Shown here: positions 20,001-27,783 of the stretch, one piece after another | How the letters are laid out: every line of letters begins with the position of its first letter | How positions within the stretch are numbered: the stretch's first letter is position 1 | Source: a virus | Taxonomy: Duplodnaviria; Caudoviricetes | Strand: one strand, 5' to 3' | IMG/VR virus record: IMGVR_UViG_3300033565_000090 | Span: 1-62,347 of that record | Length of the DNA: 62,347 nt | Notes under the pieces: model-generated | Told to the model about the DNA's origin: nothing | The model's database searches: none | What the model saw: the letters and a program-made list of their open reading frames with translations, nothing else | Made by a program: the position numbers and the translations under genes

Positions 20001-23000
20001 CTTGCCCACGGCGAACTTCCGGCCCCCGTCTTCGGTGACATGCCAGTTCGCGGGCTTTTCCGCAACTTCTGCGGATTCCGGCGCGGGCTCGGCCTTGATC
20101 CCCATGAAGGCCTTGGCCTGGGCCTCACTCTTGAAGATGAATCCAGGGATGGCCCCATTCCCTCGGTAGCTGGAGTAGCGTCCCTCATGGTCCTTCGCTT
20201 TGGACCTCAGTGCAGAGAATGCTTCATCGGAAACCCGATCCGCCATCTTGACCGTCCAGATGGGCTCCTGGGTCTTGGTGTGCCGACCGGCTACCAAGGA
20301 CATGCCCATGGGTGCGATGATGGGATCTTTCCATCCCCAATCAGGGTGCATCGACCACCCAGCGCCACCGGATGGTTGCCCTGGACGGTGCTTGGCTGCG
20401 GCCTCGGGGGTAGGCTCCATCCATTGAATGTTGAGCGTGCGCGTTTGGCCATCCTGGATGGGAAGGTGCACAGTCCACCAGTCGGCCTCTCGGGTCGAGC
20501 GAGGCTCTGGCGTCCGCGTTTCGACGGTTCCACCGATGGATTCAAGAATCTCCCGGCCACCCTCCCGGGACAGATCGAGCCCTTGAGTGGCAACCAGCGA
20601 ATAGAGGGTCGCGGCCCTCCGCTGTCCATCCGGGTCATTATCCTTGTTGAACGTCAGCAATCTCTTGGTCTGGATCGAGGTTCCAAGCCCCCTCATCGCC
20701 TCCATCTGGCGGGCTTCGAGTTCCTTCTGCTCCTGGGCACTCATGTCGGCCCCACCCATACCGGACTTCGCCTCGGTCTCCTGCCCTCCCACCTTGATCC
20801 CAGTTTCCTTCTCGAACTCGGCGACGGTGCCCCAGCTGCGCACGATGGGCAGTCCGCCCTTCAGCGTGAGATCCCGGGTCTTCACCTGGCCGTCATCCGT
20901 GACGTGCATCCGGTATTCCCGGCCCTCGTGGGTGAAGGTGTCTCCTTCCTTCACTTCCTGGATGTTCCCGAACTTGGTTTCGGGGACATCCAGAGGGTTG
21001 CCCTTGCCCTCATACTTCTGCCGCAGTTCCGCCATCCTGCCCCGGATCTGGTCCTGCTTCTCGTTCCACTTGGCCCGGATCTTCGGGTTCATCTTGTTCA
21101 GGGGCTTGGCGACGATGGATGCCAGTTCTGCCCCGAGCGAATCCAGTTCCGCCCGATCCTTCGGCGTCATCCGTGCAAGGATCTCATCGGCCTGGGCGTT
21201 GGGGTCTTCCTTCGGCTGCGGAGTCTCTACTTGCTGGGCTTGTGGTTCGGGTTCGGGTGGAACTTGCCCCTGATCGTCACTCCCAGGCAGTTCTCCAACA
21301 CTCCCGGGTTCTCCTCCGAGAACCTCTGGAGCGCGTTCGGGCCGGGCGGGATGACTGTATTGGACGGACGGGGGCTGGTCGCCACGGGCGGCACGCTGGC
21401 CGGTGCGCTCTCGCTCGGATTTGTGGGCCTGGAGCTTTGATTCTGCGGCATTGAGTTCTGGTCCTGCGCCATAGCTGAAACCCCCGGTATAGCTAACGGT
21501 CGATCCATCCGGCAGGTTGAACACCACCGGGTTCGCCTTTAAGTATTCGTCGGCCTTGGCCATCGCGCCAGCCAAAGCCTCCTCGCTGTCACTGTGCGCC
21601 CAGAACTCGTCCCCGCTCACATGGAAGGCATCTTCGCCAAGGCCCGCGGCCCGCAGGGCATCGCCCATGTAGGCAAGGAGCTCATCACCCGCACCGTGCC
21701 CCAGGCTGTCATTCACCCACTTGAGGGAGTCAACATCCATCGAAGCCTTGACCGGCTTGGGGGCCAATTTCTGCGCCTCGTCCCAGGCGCGCCGGTTGGG
21801 GAGTCCCGTCTTCTCGCTGGTGAGGAGGACGCGCTGCGTCTCCTCCAGACTCATCTCGGCCACGTTCTTCCGGAAGGCCGGATCCTGCCTACGGTCGCCC
21901 TGCCGCTGATCGACTTCCACCGGAAGGCTCTCGTGACGAGGATCGCCGGGAACCGTCAAGGATTCCTTGACGGTTGGATCAGGTGTCAAGGAATCCTGTA
22001 CTACTGCCTCGGGTGCCTGCGGGGCCATATCGGGCGCAGGAGGTGCCTGAGGCTGCAGGGCGGCACTCCCGGCGCCGAGGTCGGCCTGGGCCTCGCTGAG
22101 GAGCGCCTGGGCCGCCTGGGCGTCCTGCTGGGCGCTCTCCACGAGGGGGTGCTGCTCCGCGACCCGGGCCGTCTGCTCGGCCACCTTGCGCAAATTCTCG
22201 ACGTGTTCAGATTCGACAGTAGCGCCTGGGCCCACCATGGCCCCCATGGGAGCTCCAAGAAGGAGCCCGCCAAGCGCATTGGTGATCCGCTCACCGTTCG
22301 CGTTCTTGTAGGCCTCGGGGTCGTAGGTCCGCCTGACGGCCATGCCAACCTCGCCCTGGCCCGTTTCCTCGATAGCCTCCGTGATGCCCCCGAGGGCCAG
22401 CCTCGCGGCGCGCCCAGACGCACCCCCCTTGGCTGCAGCCTTGGCCGCGCCCTTGAAGAAAACCCCCTCCGTGCCCTCGGCGGCAATCTCCGCCAGCTTC
22501 CGCTTTAGACCAGTCGTCCCCTTGGCCTCCAGCTTCGCCAGAAGGCCCTTGCCCCCGGGCAGGCCCTGGCTTATGAAGGTGGCTGGAATGGCCTCGGCCG
22601 ATGCGGCAAGGGCGGCCTCTGCTGGCCCGAGCCCCTTTTCCAATGCGGACCGATAGGCATCGGCACCAATCTGAGTGCCTTCCAGCTTGGCCGAAGTCGC
22701 CGCCGCAACCCGCGCAGCCACCTCGGGAGACTTGCCTGCCAGAATCGCGGAGTTGTAGGCCCTCCACCCCGTCGCCATCTGGACGGCCAACATCGGCGCG
22801 TTCTCGGCCACAATGTTCGTGTAAAGCCAAGGGTTCTCGACCGGATTCAGCGCAGCCCAATCGGTGCTACCGTCCGGTCGCGTGATGGCCTTCGGCTTCT
22901 TGATGCTCTCCGAAAAATACTCGTCCGTCTGGTGCTGGCGCTCCATGAAGTCGGCAGCAGCCGGAAGGGTCTCCTTCGAAACGGGCTTGGTCCAGCGTTT

Positions 23001-23381
23001 CCAGGCGCGCCTCCCGGCTTCATCCACCGTGGTCGTTCCAACCAGGGGCGAGACAAGATCGTTCAGAGTGAGGCCTGCCGCCTCCACGACACCAAGGCCA
23101 GCGCCCACGATCTCCTGGGCGGGTCGGATGATCCCCTTGTTGATGGACGCCAGAACGGATGTTCCGGCTGACTTCTGGGCCTCAGGATCCGGGTTGACTT
23201 GGACGTTCCTTCGGTAAGGGTTGACCGGGATGGGGTGGTCGATGTTGGCGCCGGCCGCAGCAGGCGCCACCGCATCCGGGTTGAAATCAGGGTTGAAATC
23301 CGCGTTGAAGGTAGGCTTCGCCTCAGGCGCGCGCGCGTCAGGATTGAAGTCCGGATTGAAATTCGGATCGAACCCAGGCAT
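11061..23381 (-). CDS. DarB-like giant polyvalent virion protein: GGDEF + N6-adenine methyltransferase + SNF2-type helicase + C-terminal helical domain
   Basis: 4106 aa. MTase: NAHYT, VLEQSAGSGLF, VGNVPF. Helicase: AHVVGSGKT, IVDESH, TGTPITN, GTGVNIQ, QEIGR. GGDEF: TGLPNRR, DVDSLKWVNDSLGHGAGDELL, SGDEF. Follows the ejection-protein genes. Confidence 0.9.
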   Translation of the reverse strand: MPGFDPNFNPDFNPDARAPEAKPTFNADFNPDFNPDAVAPAAAGANIDHPIPVNPYRRNVQVNPDPEAQKSAGTSVLASINKGIIRPAQEIVGAGLGVVEAAGLTLNDLVSPLVGTTTVDEAGRRAWKRWTKPVSKETLPAAADFMERQHQTDEYFSESIKKPKAITRPDGSTDWAALNPVENPWLYTNIVAENAPMLAVQMATGWRAYNSAILAGKSPEVAARVAAATSAKLEGTQIGADAYRSALEKGLGPAEAALAASAEAIPATFISQGLPGGKGLLAKLEAKGTTGLKRKLAEIAAEGTEGVFFKGAAKAAAKGGASGRAARLALGGITEAIEETGQGEVGMAVRRTYDPEAYKNANGERITNALGGLLLGAPMGAMVGPGATVESEHVENLRKVAEQTARVAEQHPLVESAQQDAQAAQALLSEAQADLGAGSAALQPQAPPAPDMAPQAPEAVVQDSLTPDPTVKESLTVPGDPRHESLPVEVDQRQGDRRQDPAFRKNVAEMSLEETQRVLLTSEKTGLPNRRAWDEAQKLAPKPVKASMDVDSLKWVNDSLGHGAGDELLAYMGDALRAAGLGEDAFHVSGDEFWAHSDSEEALAGAMAKADEYLKANPVVFNLPDGSTVSYTGGFSYGAGPELNAAESKLQAHKSERERTGQRAARGDQPPSVQYSHPARPERAPEVLGGEPGSVGELPGSDDQGQVPPEPEPQAQQVETPQPKEDPNAQADEILARMTPKDRAELDSLGAELASIVAKPLNKMNPKIRAKWNEKQDQIRGRMAELRQKYEGKGNPLDVPETKFGNIQEVKEGDTFTHEGREYRMHVTDDGQVKTRDLTLKGGLPIVRSWGTVAEFEKETGIKVGGQETEAKSGMGGADMSAQEQKELEARQMEAMRGLGTSIQTKRLLTFNKDNDPDGQRRAATLYSLVATQGLDLSREGGREILESIGGTVETRTPEPRSTREADWWTVHLPIQDGQTRTLNIQWMEPTPEAAAKHRPGQPSGGAGWSMHPDWGWKDPIIAPMGMSLVAGRHTKTQEPIWTVKMADRVSDEAFSALRSKAKDHEGRYSSYRGNGAIPGFIFKSEAQAKAFMGIKAEPAPESAEVAEKPANWHVTEDGGRKFAVGKEKHVIPPERSDLIARFDKAKDIHDRRQALVTEANIPDSAARNRRHEEIGAAFAAEKRTIAEALMPEDEPKAKGETLAKQVKNDTITEDGATNGPESKPDQGSEQTRDVPNERSGSGRAGVSEGTGSGGHPETGAGGGGKPSGRGATPEADRQEVVGNPEPSHGDGERAGVESGGGSAAGNPVHPGTRSGVAKPFRVDRDELKATNLSTEAGKKRAAKGNLEAIRTLKKLQAEGRLDQATPAEQNTLSKWVGWGALGKAVDYALARTFESYTERYGDDAGRYMGEEARKWGEEWLEIHKQIRDEIGEDGLRKAKASTINAHYTAPDVVSAMWDMVGRFGFKGGAVLEQSAGSGLFFGLMPEGLRGQSSLTGVELEPFTADLLKALYPEADIHKGGYQDAKIPSNSVDLIVGNVPFDESTRIEGMALHNFFFKRGIDQLKPGGIMAAITSTGTMDAMNNSHRKIIGESADLVGAIRLPNNAFSKNAGTQVTTDILVFRKRKGAQRFDGAQGWAGTVDLGIGDNREGQEVVVHMNEYWSRNPEQILGVPVVNTMYRDGGGQMSVEWKGTQDEFSRALQTAMARLPEGWAESGVPTRVLQESKEAHGPVGDGDVSLRGGIPMVHSEGTWLTPAQYGGAKSAKIIKEMNQSAQVYLDLIKTLDELRTKEGTDATDAELKPLRKELNRLYDAFVDRRGGKDKCFFHRTAVNKHVTDDANYFEAMALESEEKTRDPKTGEWKKAYVKADILSHRQNTKAELASSASNNEEAVLLSMMGKGRVDIDYMAGLLKQEPEDVKFQVKSEGLAYELPDGSFEPSWIYLSGEVRKKFNAAKKAAKENPGRFDRNVADLEKALPPEVPIQGMTVRMGATWVKPEVYQDFLRDVVGIDAKVGFDENLKQLIFDKNRMKVEAKEKYLKWVATLKGHQAAVSPEAIFASGLLWDGSHEATWRTDGKVYKDPVVTEVAMGKVREMRAAFQDWLRVEGNPHAQGVQTTFNELFRSVVKPKWPKLPNGTFPGQAKVFNGRPFAMEPFQQEGAFRATVQNTLLAHVVGSGKTITGGTAAYEMKRLGIANKPMIATMRSVVPGFAAQMRQLYPGARILVRPSNPNARTRKIFLTRLATMDFDMAILSHEDLSVIPDSPERVNAYINEQMDALEETMRGLKVDINSRDPLAQAIRARLQYVDNLREMVNGPSEEADSEDVGGKSTSKKAEKAKNRAAARMDDLLQRKTDKVMDWDGLGIDALIVDESHQFKRLDFFTQFTDTKGIDRDSSKRGLSLFLKTKAIHDKRGRVVLMTGTPITNTMAEIWTNLRYLRPDLLEGMGINQFDDFVKTFGDIYSQPESDITGAVKGVSRLRRFANMPELQAALFQAMHRVRRSEIKRSGVPKLAGGGIKTVIVKADARTDEFMNFIRSVYRAWMSSGKTKVETRFVPGTLYTRASQAALDLRLVDPEAKVSGGGKVEAMVKNALTHYQETQEQRGAQAIFCQLYQSPSNYGDYKVPESQRFNMFREIKRQLVAAGVPESEIVDQLPSGDKAREAVFEKVRTGEVRFVMGMVKTLGTGVNIQDRLIAMHILQLPLTPAELEQEIGRMERSGNMFDPVHVYTYAVEGGPDTFFAQVLANKQKFIDQVMDADILDHGDVEDLGGGGMSFEEMAAAFSGDNRIAEKMKVQAELNQLEGELEAFIQSQQQAQQQIHTYDNTDGYGSKAYLDRELDSVAAVEATTPKAIVKAILELAEKSTETRKTFDSESKKATEVKLVSGFAVKLPNGLHFSYTPRDEGKWELKWKDGDRTVSIRDGEVKSQLPGVFAQSIRRMEVVLPDIIHWRRDQAKNAAKDRAAADRIMEGEYKNAEALARARKKVADLEAAIAQGYTEGLRSDARGLLEATEQEGGATITEAVRDTLNEAEEAIRAGDELRKQMQAPDYAPDSANKSKATPEDFYIGAKNIVRSARKALGLPVEKEFAGGDPDDFRNWLFQGLSDEWYAKHGEVLQAERADSVQKIANEQWLDKMNEEEGRGIQELGGFTHPVGAFLSKLFGTRERPDSVSVPSLFDEVEQRWREAKKGAPASPMFAKAIDNLRKAKAAFTRHFDHIDPNESPLMAQVNDTLRQYEAGPAFAKAVAHDMVYEVTKDLGPKRIDLFTRVLVLRDILRNVDKGVDSGTEELPFGYRNAEEARVDLERYERVLKAPENAPIREALGKRTDMATDIVEKLVQHGILSEDRLDDVESYYHRQVMTYLNKRQVGSTGGDLRMGKKGFQLGRHGGAHDFNAAYEQAEAEWVADAMSLVVKKETLDRLERIADVAPQLRAQAKDLNREMFESQHPELGADEIDEMSAKEIETALGEQAVAWKDLMPEGYTIWQPTKGNHFYPALTLSERVLDQFLEGERGLVKEDFHQVLALGTKKKQWAIPTNLATQLDNFTDRDGSAFGNAWVGLQSSWKQWQLISPMRILRYSMNNMMGDLDIAMAYDPRIVTRHFARAAADMWSYQVNQTASPELRREIQNAIRAGVVESGITIAEIPDIDKTGAFRLLTSDRPNGNLVQKTWGGLKTFSTWRENILRLAAYRFFLEEIGKGRDLYAASNRSQIDALGNSKDKAAKLARELIGDYGNVSVAGQYVRTHMIPFYSWMEVNAPRYVRLLKNLPAERETTGGKRSAAGAVGRTIALKGPALALRMALMFGLIYLWNKLFFADDYEVLRRQKQFKHGIILGKRDDGSIRYIRTDLAVMDALEWFSAADLPRKVQGVARGEETWGDIAADAAKGPAEKIIKGWEPFSKTTFELVLGRSISFPTVWREGASLKPGGMAIRDKVGYVLKNVTPLDRLWNKITNKPERPGSLRSGLEDALLTYSVDPGEASYYLSRDIANDWGKKNLGKEEYSGAGNISEKGNALYYFKRASQWGDRERASYWFAEYLRLGGKARAIKGTIERGHPLGSIPPAKRGRFMASLNAKDKEIISDAISWYKRLNSGVKSKGSSTDGAEEKTGE

Positions 23382-23393
23382 CTCGATTCCTTT

Positions 23394-24602
23394 CTACTGA
23401 ACGGGCACCCAAGCGCTCTTGGTCTTGGACCAGGCCAGCGGTTTCCCGTCCGGGCCCGTCTTGAACCACACTCCCGTCTTCGGGTTCTGCCATGACCCGT
23501 TGCCGTGGGCCTTGAAGCCCAAGGCCTTGAAGTCAGGGCCAGCCTGAGGGGCGGGCCTGGGCGATGCGGGGGGAGCAGGGGCAGGAGCCCCGATGGGAGA
23601 CTGCCGGAACTCTGCAGCCACGTCCTTGATGCCCCCCACCACTTCCTTCTGGTTGCTTCCGGTCTTCGGATCGTTGTAGATATCACCCCGGACTTGGGCC
23701 GCCAGCTTGAGGGCTATCCAGTTCTCCTTGGTGCCGCGGTTGGGATCCTGGGCCCACTCCGCCGCCGCCCGCTCGTCCGCGAAGCCCCCGGGTTGCCCGA
23801 TGGTCTTCTTTGCCATCCCGAACCGGATCTGGAAATCGGAGGGGCGACCACCGCCACGACCACCGCCAGAACTATTGATGCGTCGAATCGATAGTTCGTA
23901 GTCGCGGAGCCATTTCTCATTCTTGAGTCTGAGTTCCTCGTCCTTCCGGTCCAAGTTGCGGTCGGTCGCGTCTCGCTTCCCTTGCTGGGCCTGGGCGTAG
24001 GCCATCCAGTGCAGGGCATCCCCGGGCTTGGCCTGGAGCGCGTAGAGCATCTTCTGGGTCACATGCACGGGGTTCCCGCGCGTCGGCTTGCCATCCGGGC
24101 CCACACCCCCCGCGGCGTACACCGAATAGGTCGGGTCCGAGGGGTCTTGTTCCACATCATCCGCCAGGGCGATGCCGTGGATGTTCCCAAAGAGCCCGGT
24201 CTGGTTGAGCATCTTGGTCGCAGGCTCGAACTGGCCCAGGGTGATGGCGCGGGAGGCGCTGGCGATGTTCTTGAGCTGGGTGTCTTCTCTTGCCTTGAGG
24301 GCCGCGGCCCGGTACTTCCGCTCCAGGTCTCCCCGGTTCCCCTGCTGGGCGATATCCGCCAACTTGTTCAGGCGGTCCTCGTCCGTTTCACCCTCGGGGC
24401 TCTGGTCCTCGATCTGGTGCTGCTGGCGGATCCGGTCCATTTCGGTGTTCCGGTGATCCCACTCTTTCTGGGTCTGCCCCGCCTGCGCGATGCTCTGGTC
24501 GAGCCGCTGGCGGTCCATGGCACCCTGGGTCTGGCTCCGAACAAAGTTGTTCGCACCCTGGCCGATGGCGCTCCCCGCGAGAATCATCCCAAGCGAAGCC
24601 AT
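23394..24602 (-). CDS. Putative internal virion/DNA ejection protein
   Basis: Start MASLGMIL, 2 nt after the upstream stop; Gly/Gln-rich helical protein in the ejection-protein position. Confidence 0.65.
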   Translation of the reverse strand: MASLGMILAGSAIGQGANNFVRSQTQGAMDRQRLDQSIAQAGQTQKEWDHRNTEMDRIRQQHQIEDQSPEGETDEDRLNKLADIAQQGNRGDLERKYRAAALKAREDTQLKNIASASRAITLGQFEPATKMLNQTGLFGNIHGIALADDVEQDPSDPTYSVYAAGGVGPDGKPTRGNPVHVTQKMLYALQAKPGDALHWMAYAQAQQGKRDATDRNLDRKDEELRLKNEKWLRDYELSIRRINSSGGGRGGGRPSDFQIRFGMAKKTIGQPGGFADERAAAEWAQDPNRGTKENWIALKLAAQVRGDIYNDPKTGSNQKEVVGGIKDVAAEFRQSPIGAPAPAPPASPRPAPQAGPDFKALGFKAHGNGSWQNPKTGVWFKTGPDGKPLAWSKTKSAWVPVQ

Positions 24603-24604
24603 GG

Positions 24605-25342
24605 TTAGTACCCCCCCAGCGACAGCGGCAAGCTCGAACCGTCGAAGCTCGGCGTCATGTTTCCCAAGGTGATCGGGCTTCCACCCAGAGATTGCTTCAC
24701 CATCTGGGAGTCCACCATCGTAGAAAGATCCGGCATCTGGGCGGCCTGCTGGCCTGTCGGCTGGCGCTGCCCGAAGGCGTATCCCAGAGCGCCCAAACTC
24801 GACGCGAGACCCTGGGCGCCCTGCCCTGCGGCGTTCCCCCACATCCCAGCCTGTTGACCGTAGAAATCCGTCACGTTCTGGTTGCCCTGGGCCACCAGAC
24901 CAACCTGCCCAGGCATCTGCTTACCGGCGGCAAGCAGGCGCTCCCGCAGGGAATCCCTGGCCTGGAGGCCCTGGCCAAAGGCGTTGGAGAGCGCGTAGGC
25001 ACGTCCGGTCTCCAGGGTGTTCTTCTGGTCCAGGCCCGAGCCCAACATGCCCTTGCGGGCCATGGACATCTCGTTGTTGCGCCCGGCCTGGTCGAAATTG
25101 GCCTGGATCTTGGACCAGGTGGGCCCCAGATTCAGCGGGCTTTCCGAACTCGCCTGCTTGGTGAGTTCGTCCCGAATGGGGCCGTAGTTGCGCTCGTATT
25201 CGTCAAGCTGCTGCTGACGAAAAGCCTGATCCGCCTGAAGGGCGGACTGCTGGAGCGCCATGGCGCGCTTGTGCTGTTGGCCTGCCTGAACGGTGGAGTA
25301 GGCGCTGACTAAGACGCCTGCGACTCCGACTGCGACTGGCAT
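24605..25342 (-). CDS. Putative DNA ejection (pilot) protein
   Basis: Hydrophobic N-terminus, Gln/Ala/Gly-rich, ARKGMLGSG motif typical of P22 gp7-like proteins. Confidence 0.7.
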   Translation of the reverse strand: MPVAVGVAGVLVSAYSTVQAGQQHKRAMALQQSALQADQAFRQQQLDEYERNYGPIRDELTKQASSESPLNLGPTWSKIQANFDQAGRNNEMSMARKGMLGSGLDQKNTLETGRAYALSNAFGQGLQARDSLRERLLAAGKQMPGQVGLVAQGNQNVTDFYGQQAGMWGNAAGQGAQGLASSLGALGYAFGQRQPTGQQAAQMPDLSTMVDSQMVKQSLGGSPITLGNMTPSFDGSSLPLSLGGY

Positions 25343-26025
25343 AACTCCCCCACTTGGTAGGCATCGTTGCCCAAAAAGTGGATAGTCAGGCCTCCGACCG
25401 TGAGGCTATCCAAGCCGCAAACCTCGACCGGGAGATACCCCTGGAGGCGTGCGTGTTTGTTGTACACCGCGACGGCTTTCCCCATGAATCCCCGCCGCGA
25501 GGTGAGCATGAGCGCCCCGAACAGGCGGCGATGGTGGGCGTCCAGCGCAATGGATCCCAGTTCCGCAGGGCAGAAGGTCTCCAAGCCAGCGTCGAGGTAG
25601 GGCCAGCGTTCGATGCGAAGCTGGTACGAGCGAAGATCGGGCGCGTCAGCGATCCGGATGAACCCGCTGCACTGCCGGGCGAACAGGTCCGCGGCCTTGT
25701 TCTCCGTCTGGATGTTCGTCAGGATCTCCATGCCGCCCGTCTCCGCGAACACGAAACGAACGGTGTCCCGGGCGATCTCCTCCGCGATCTTCCCGTGGAA
25801 TCCGTCCAGAAGGCAGGTGTGAACCTCGAAGGTGTCTTCGCTGTAGGGATCGAGGACGATGCAGCCTCCCCCCGAATCCTCCAGCAGCACATGGACCTGA
25901 TCGAAGGCAGGGGTGATGTCCATGGGCCCCATGTCTTTGCCCATGGTGGCCCAGCGGTACACGTCCGGGTGGTTCAAGATCCGGTTGATTTCTGGAATGT
26001 CCGTGGAGGTTGCGAGGCGCAGCAT
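25309..26025 (-). CDS. GNAT-fold virion-associated protein (P22 gp14/DUF2824-like)
   Basis: INRILNHPDV, FEVHTCLL, NKAADLFARQCSGF; usual position before ejection proteins. Confidence 0.7.
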   Translation of the reverse strand: MLRLATSTDIPEINRILNHPDVYRWATMGKDMGPMDITPAFDQVHVLLEDSGGGCIVLDPYSEDTFEVHTCLLDGFHGKIAEEIARDTVRFVFAETGGMEILTNIQTENKAADLFARQCSGFIRIADAPDLRSYQLRIERWPYLDAGLETFCPAELGSIALDAHHRRLFGALMLTSRRGFMGKAVAVYNKHARLQGYLPVEVCGLDSLTVGGLTIHFLGNDAYQVGELCQSQSESQAS

Positions 26026-26056
26026 CTCATTTCACCGGATCGTGTAGGGTTGGCGC

Positions 26057-26095
26057 ATAGCCATTTGGCTATTTTCAATATAGGCATCCGGCTAT
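26057..26095. promoter_or_regulatory. Two 16-bp near-palindromes, putative regulator sites
   Basis: ATAGCCATTTGGCTAT (26057-26072) and ATAGGCATCCGGCTAT (26080-26095) in an AT-rich gap. Confidence 0.5.
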
Positions 26096-26122
26096 TTAAT
26101 AACAAGGGCAATCGCTTCGCAC

Positions 26123-26269
26123 CTACTTCACGGGCAGAGGCCACTGCTGCCCGGTGGTGGGGAGAGTCACAGGGCCACCGCCCGAGGTCACAATGCCAAC
26201 GCTCACCCTGGGGGCGTTGGCGAGTCGTGTGACAGCATTTGGGGTAGGGGCGGGGCATAGATAGGCCAT
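26123..26269 (-). CDS. Small tail-associated protein (48 aa, not in the ORF track)
   Basis: MAYLCPAPTPNAVTRLANAPRVSVGIVTSGGGPVTLPTTGQQWPLPVK; TGATG coupling to the upstream gene. Confidence 0.55.
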   Translation of the reverse strand: MAYLCPAPTPNAVTRLANAPRVSVGIVTSGGGPVTLPTTGQQWPLPVK

Positions 26270-27111
26270 CAGTCGTACCTCATGGCGATACAGTTGGACG
26301 TGCCACCGTAACCGACTACCGTTAGTCTATTTCCGAGCGCAATGTATGTCCTATTCCCGCCGTCAAACCCCTGTACCAGGTACGTCCCGTCATTGGCAAA
26401 GTCGCCGGCCACATAGGCGATGGCGCCGAGAATGGGAAATGTCTCTCCTGGGGACCAGCACCGGATCGGGAAAAAATAGACGTTGGGACTCAGCGCACCA
26501 TTCCCGGATGGAGGGGTTATCACGTTCCAGTTGGCATAGGCCGTGGGGATGGTGCCCGAGGAGGGTAGGTATTGAGATGTCTTCGTGCTCCCGAACAACA
26601 GGTTCACAGTCAGGCCGTCACCTGTATCTGCTCCAGCCACATCGTGAGTGCGTTCGACGATGATCGCCATTGAAGTGTTTACGACCACCCACAGGGCTAT
26701 AGCCAACCGACCCGAGGCACCAGACATATAACACGCGTACGAAATGGTTGACGCGGTAGATGTCAGTTGTGACCGCGCCATTCGGATTCCAGTGAGGTTC
26801 CCGGCCCCATCGGACCCTGTGCCTATCGTGATCCACAGGGAAGGATTGTTGACGGCTGCTCCGGACCCAAATTCTACCTTCATAAATACCGGAGCCGTGG
26901 CCTGGAGCGCATCCGCCATGCGGAATATCTGGTAGCCCACTGAGGTTTGGATCGCTCCGGGGGTCGAAAGCGTGGCCGTGTTGCACTGCCCAGTGTCGGA
27001 GGTTTGGACCCACCCGACCTCCACGATGCCGGATGCTATCCAGGTGGTCCAGGCCTGGATGGCGGCTGCGGTCGAATTTGTAGGCGCAAGACTGCCCGTT
27101 TTGGTCGCCAC
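26269..27111 (-). CDS. Putative tail/receptor-binding protein
   Basis: Thr/Gly/Ser-rich beta protein in the tail cluster; AGGAGG SD and GTG start. Confidence 0.6.
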   Translation of the reverse strand: MATKTGSLAPTNSTAAAIQAWTTWIASGIVEVGWVQTSDTGQCNTATLSTPGAIQTSVGYQIFRMADALQATAPVFMKVEFGSGAAVNNPSLWITIGTGSDGAGNLTGIRMARSQLTSTASTISYACYMSGASGRLAIALWVVVNTSMAIIVERTHDVAGADTGDGLTVNLLFGSTKTSQYLPSSGTIPTAYANWNVITPPSGNGALSPNVYFFPIRCWSPGETFPILGAIAYVAGDFANDGTYLVQGFDGGNRTYIALGNRLTVVGYGGTSNCIAMRYD

Positions 27112-27783
27112 CTATGCCTCCTGATCCTGAAAAACAACTGTCACGCCGACCTCTCCTACTCCGCCGAGATTGGTCACGGAGAGGTAGGCCGCATTGGTCA
27201 CGGGGCTGTCCTGGTTGGCAAAGCTGGCCTCCTTCAGCAGCACCGTGAGCGCCCCGGTCTCGGTGGTCACTTGAAGCTCACAGTCCGATGGCTGGCTTGG
27301 GGGCGTAGTGGGAGGGCGTGAGGCATCCGCCGTTCGCGCCGCAGCCGTCGAATAGAGCCGGACCCGAGCAGGGCGAGTGGTCGTTATCCTGTAGAGCCGT
27401 GCGGTTTTCGCAAGCGTCACGTCCTGAGTCTCCGTGCTCCCAGTCGCCAGTGCTCCCGTGGTCCAGGTTGCCGAAGCCCGAGCGGGGCCAAGTCCATGGG
27501 CACCAGCAGGCCCAACGGGTCCAACTGGCCCTACTGGGCCTTGTTCACCGGGAGCTCCAGGTGATCCTGGAGGCCCTGTTGGGCCAGTGGGTCCAGCAGG
27601 GCCTGGATCCCCCAGCACGGGGCTATTGGATGCTCTATCAGGTTTCACCACACCCGGTTGAGGCTTGGTTTGCGAACGGGCTTGAAGCGCCCCCTCCAGA
27701 GAGCGGAATCGGGCAGCAACCTCGCCAAAGAGCCGAGTCAGTTCAGCCTGGGTAACACCGTTCGGGATGAGCCCACTGCTCAC
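27112..27783 (-). CDS. Collagen-like tail fibre protein
   Basis: About 12 Gly-X-Y triplets ([37 protein letters not shown]). Confidence 0.75.
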   Translation of the reverse strand: MSSGLIPNGVTQAELTRLFGEVAARFRSLEGALQARSQTKPQPGVVKPDRASNSPVLGDPGPAGPTGPTGPPGSPGAPGEQGPVGPVGPVGPAGAHGLGPARASATWTTGALATGSTETQDVTLAKTARLYRITTTRPARVRLYSTAAARTADASRPPTTPPSQPSDCELQVTTETGALTVLLKEASFANQDSPVTNAAYLSVTNLGGVGEVGVTVVFQDQEA

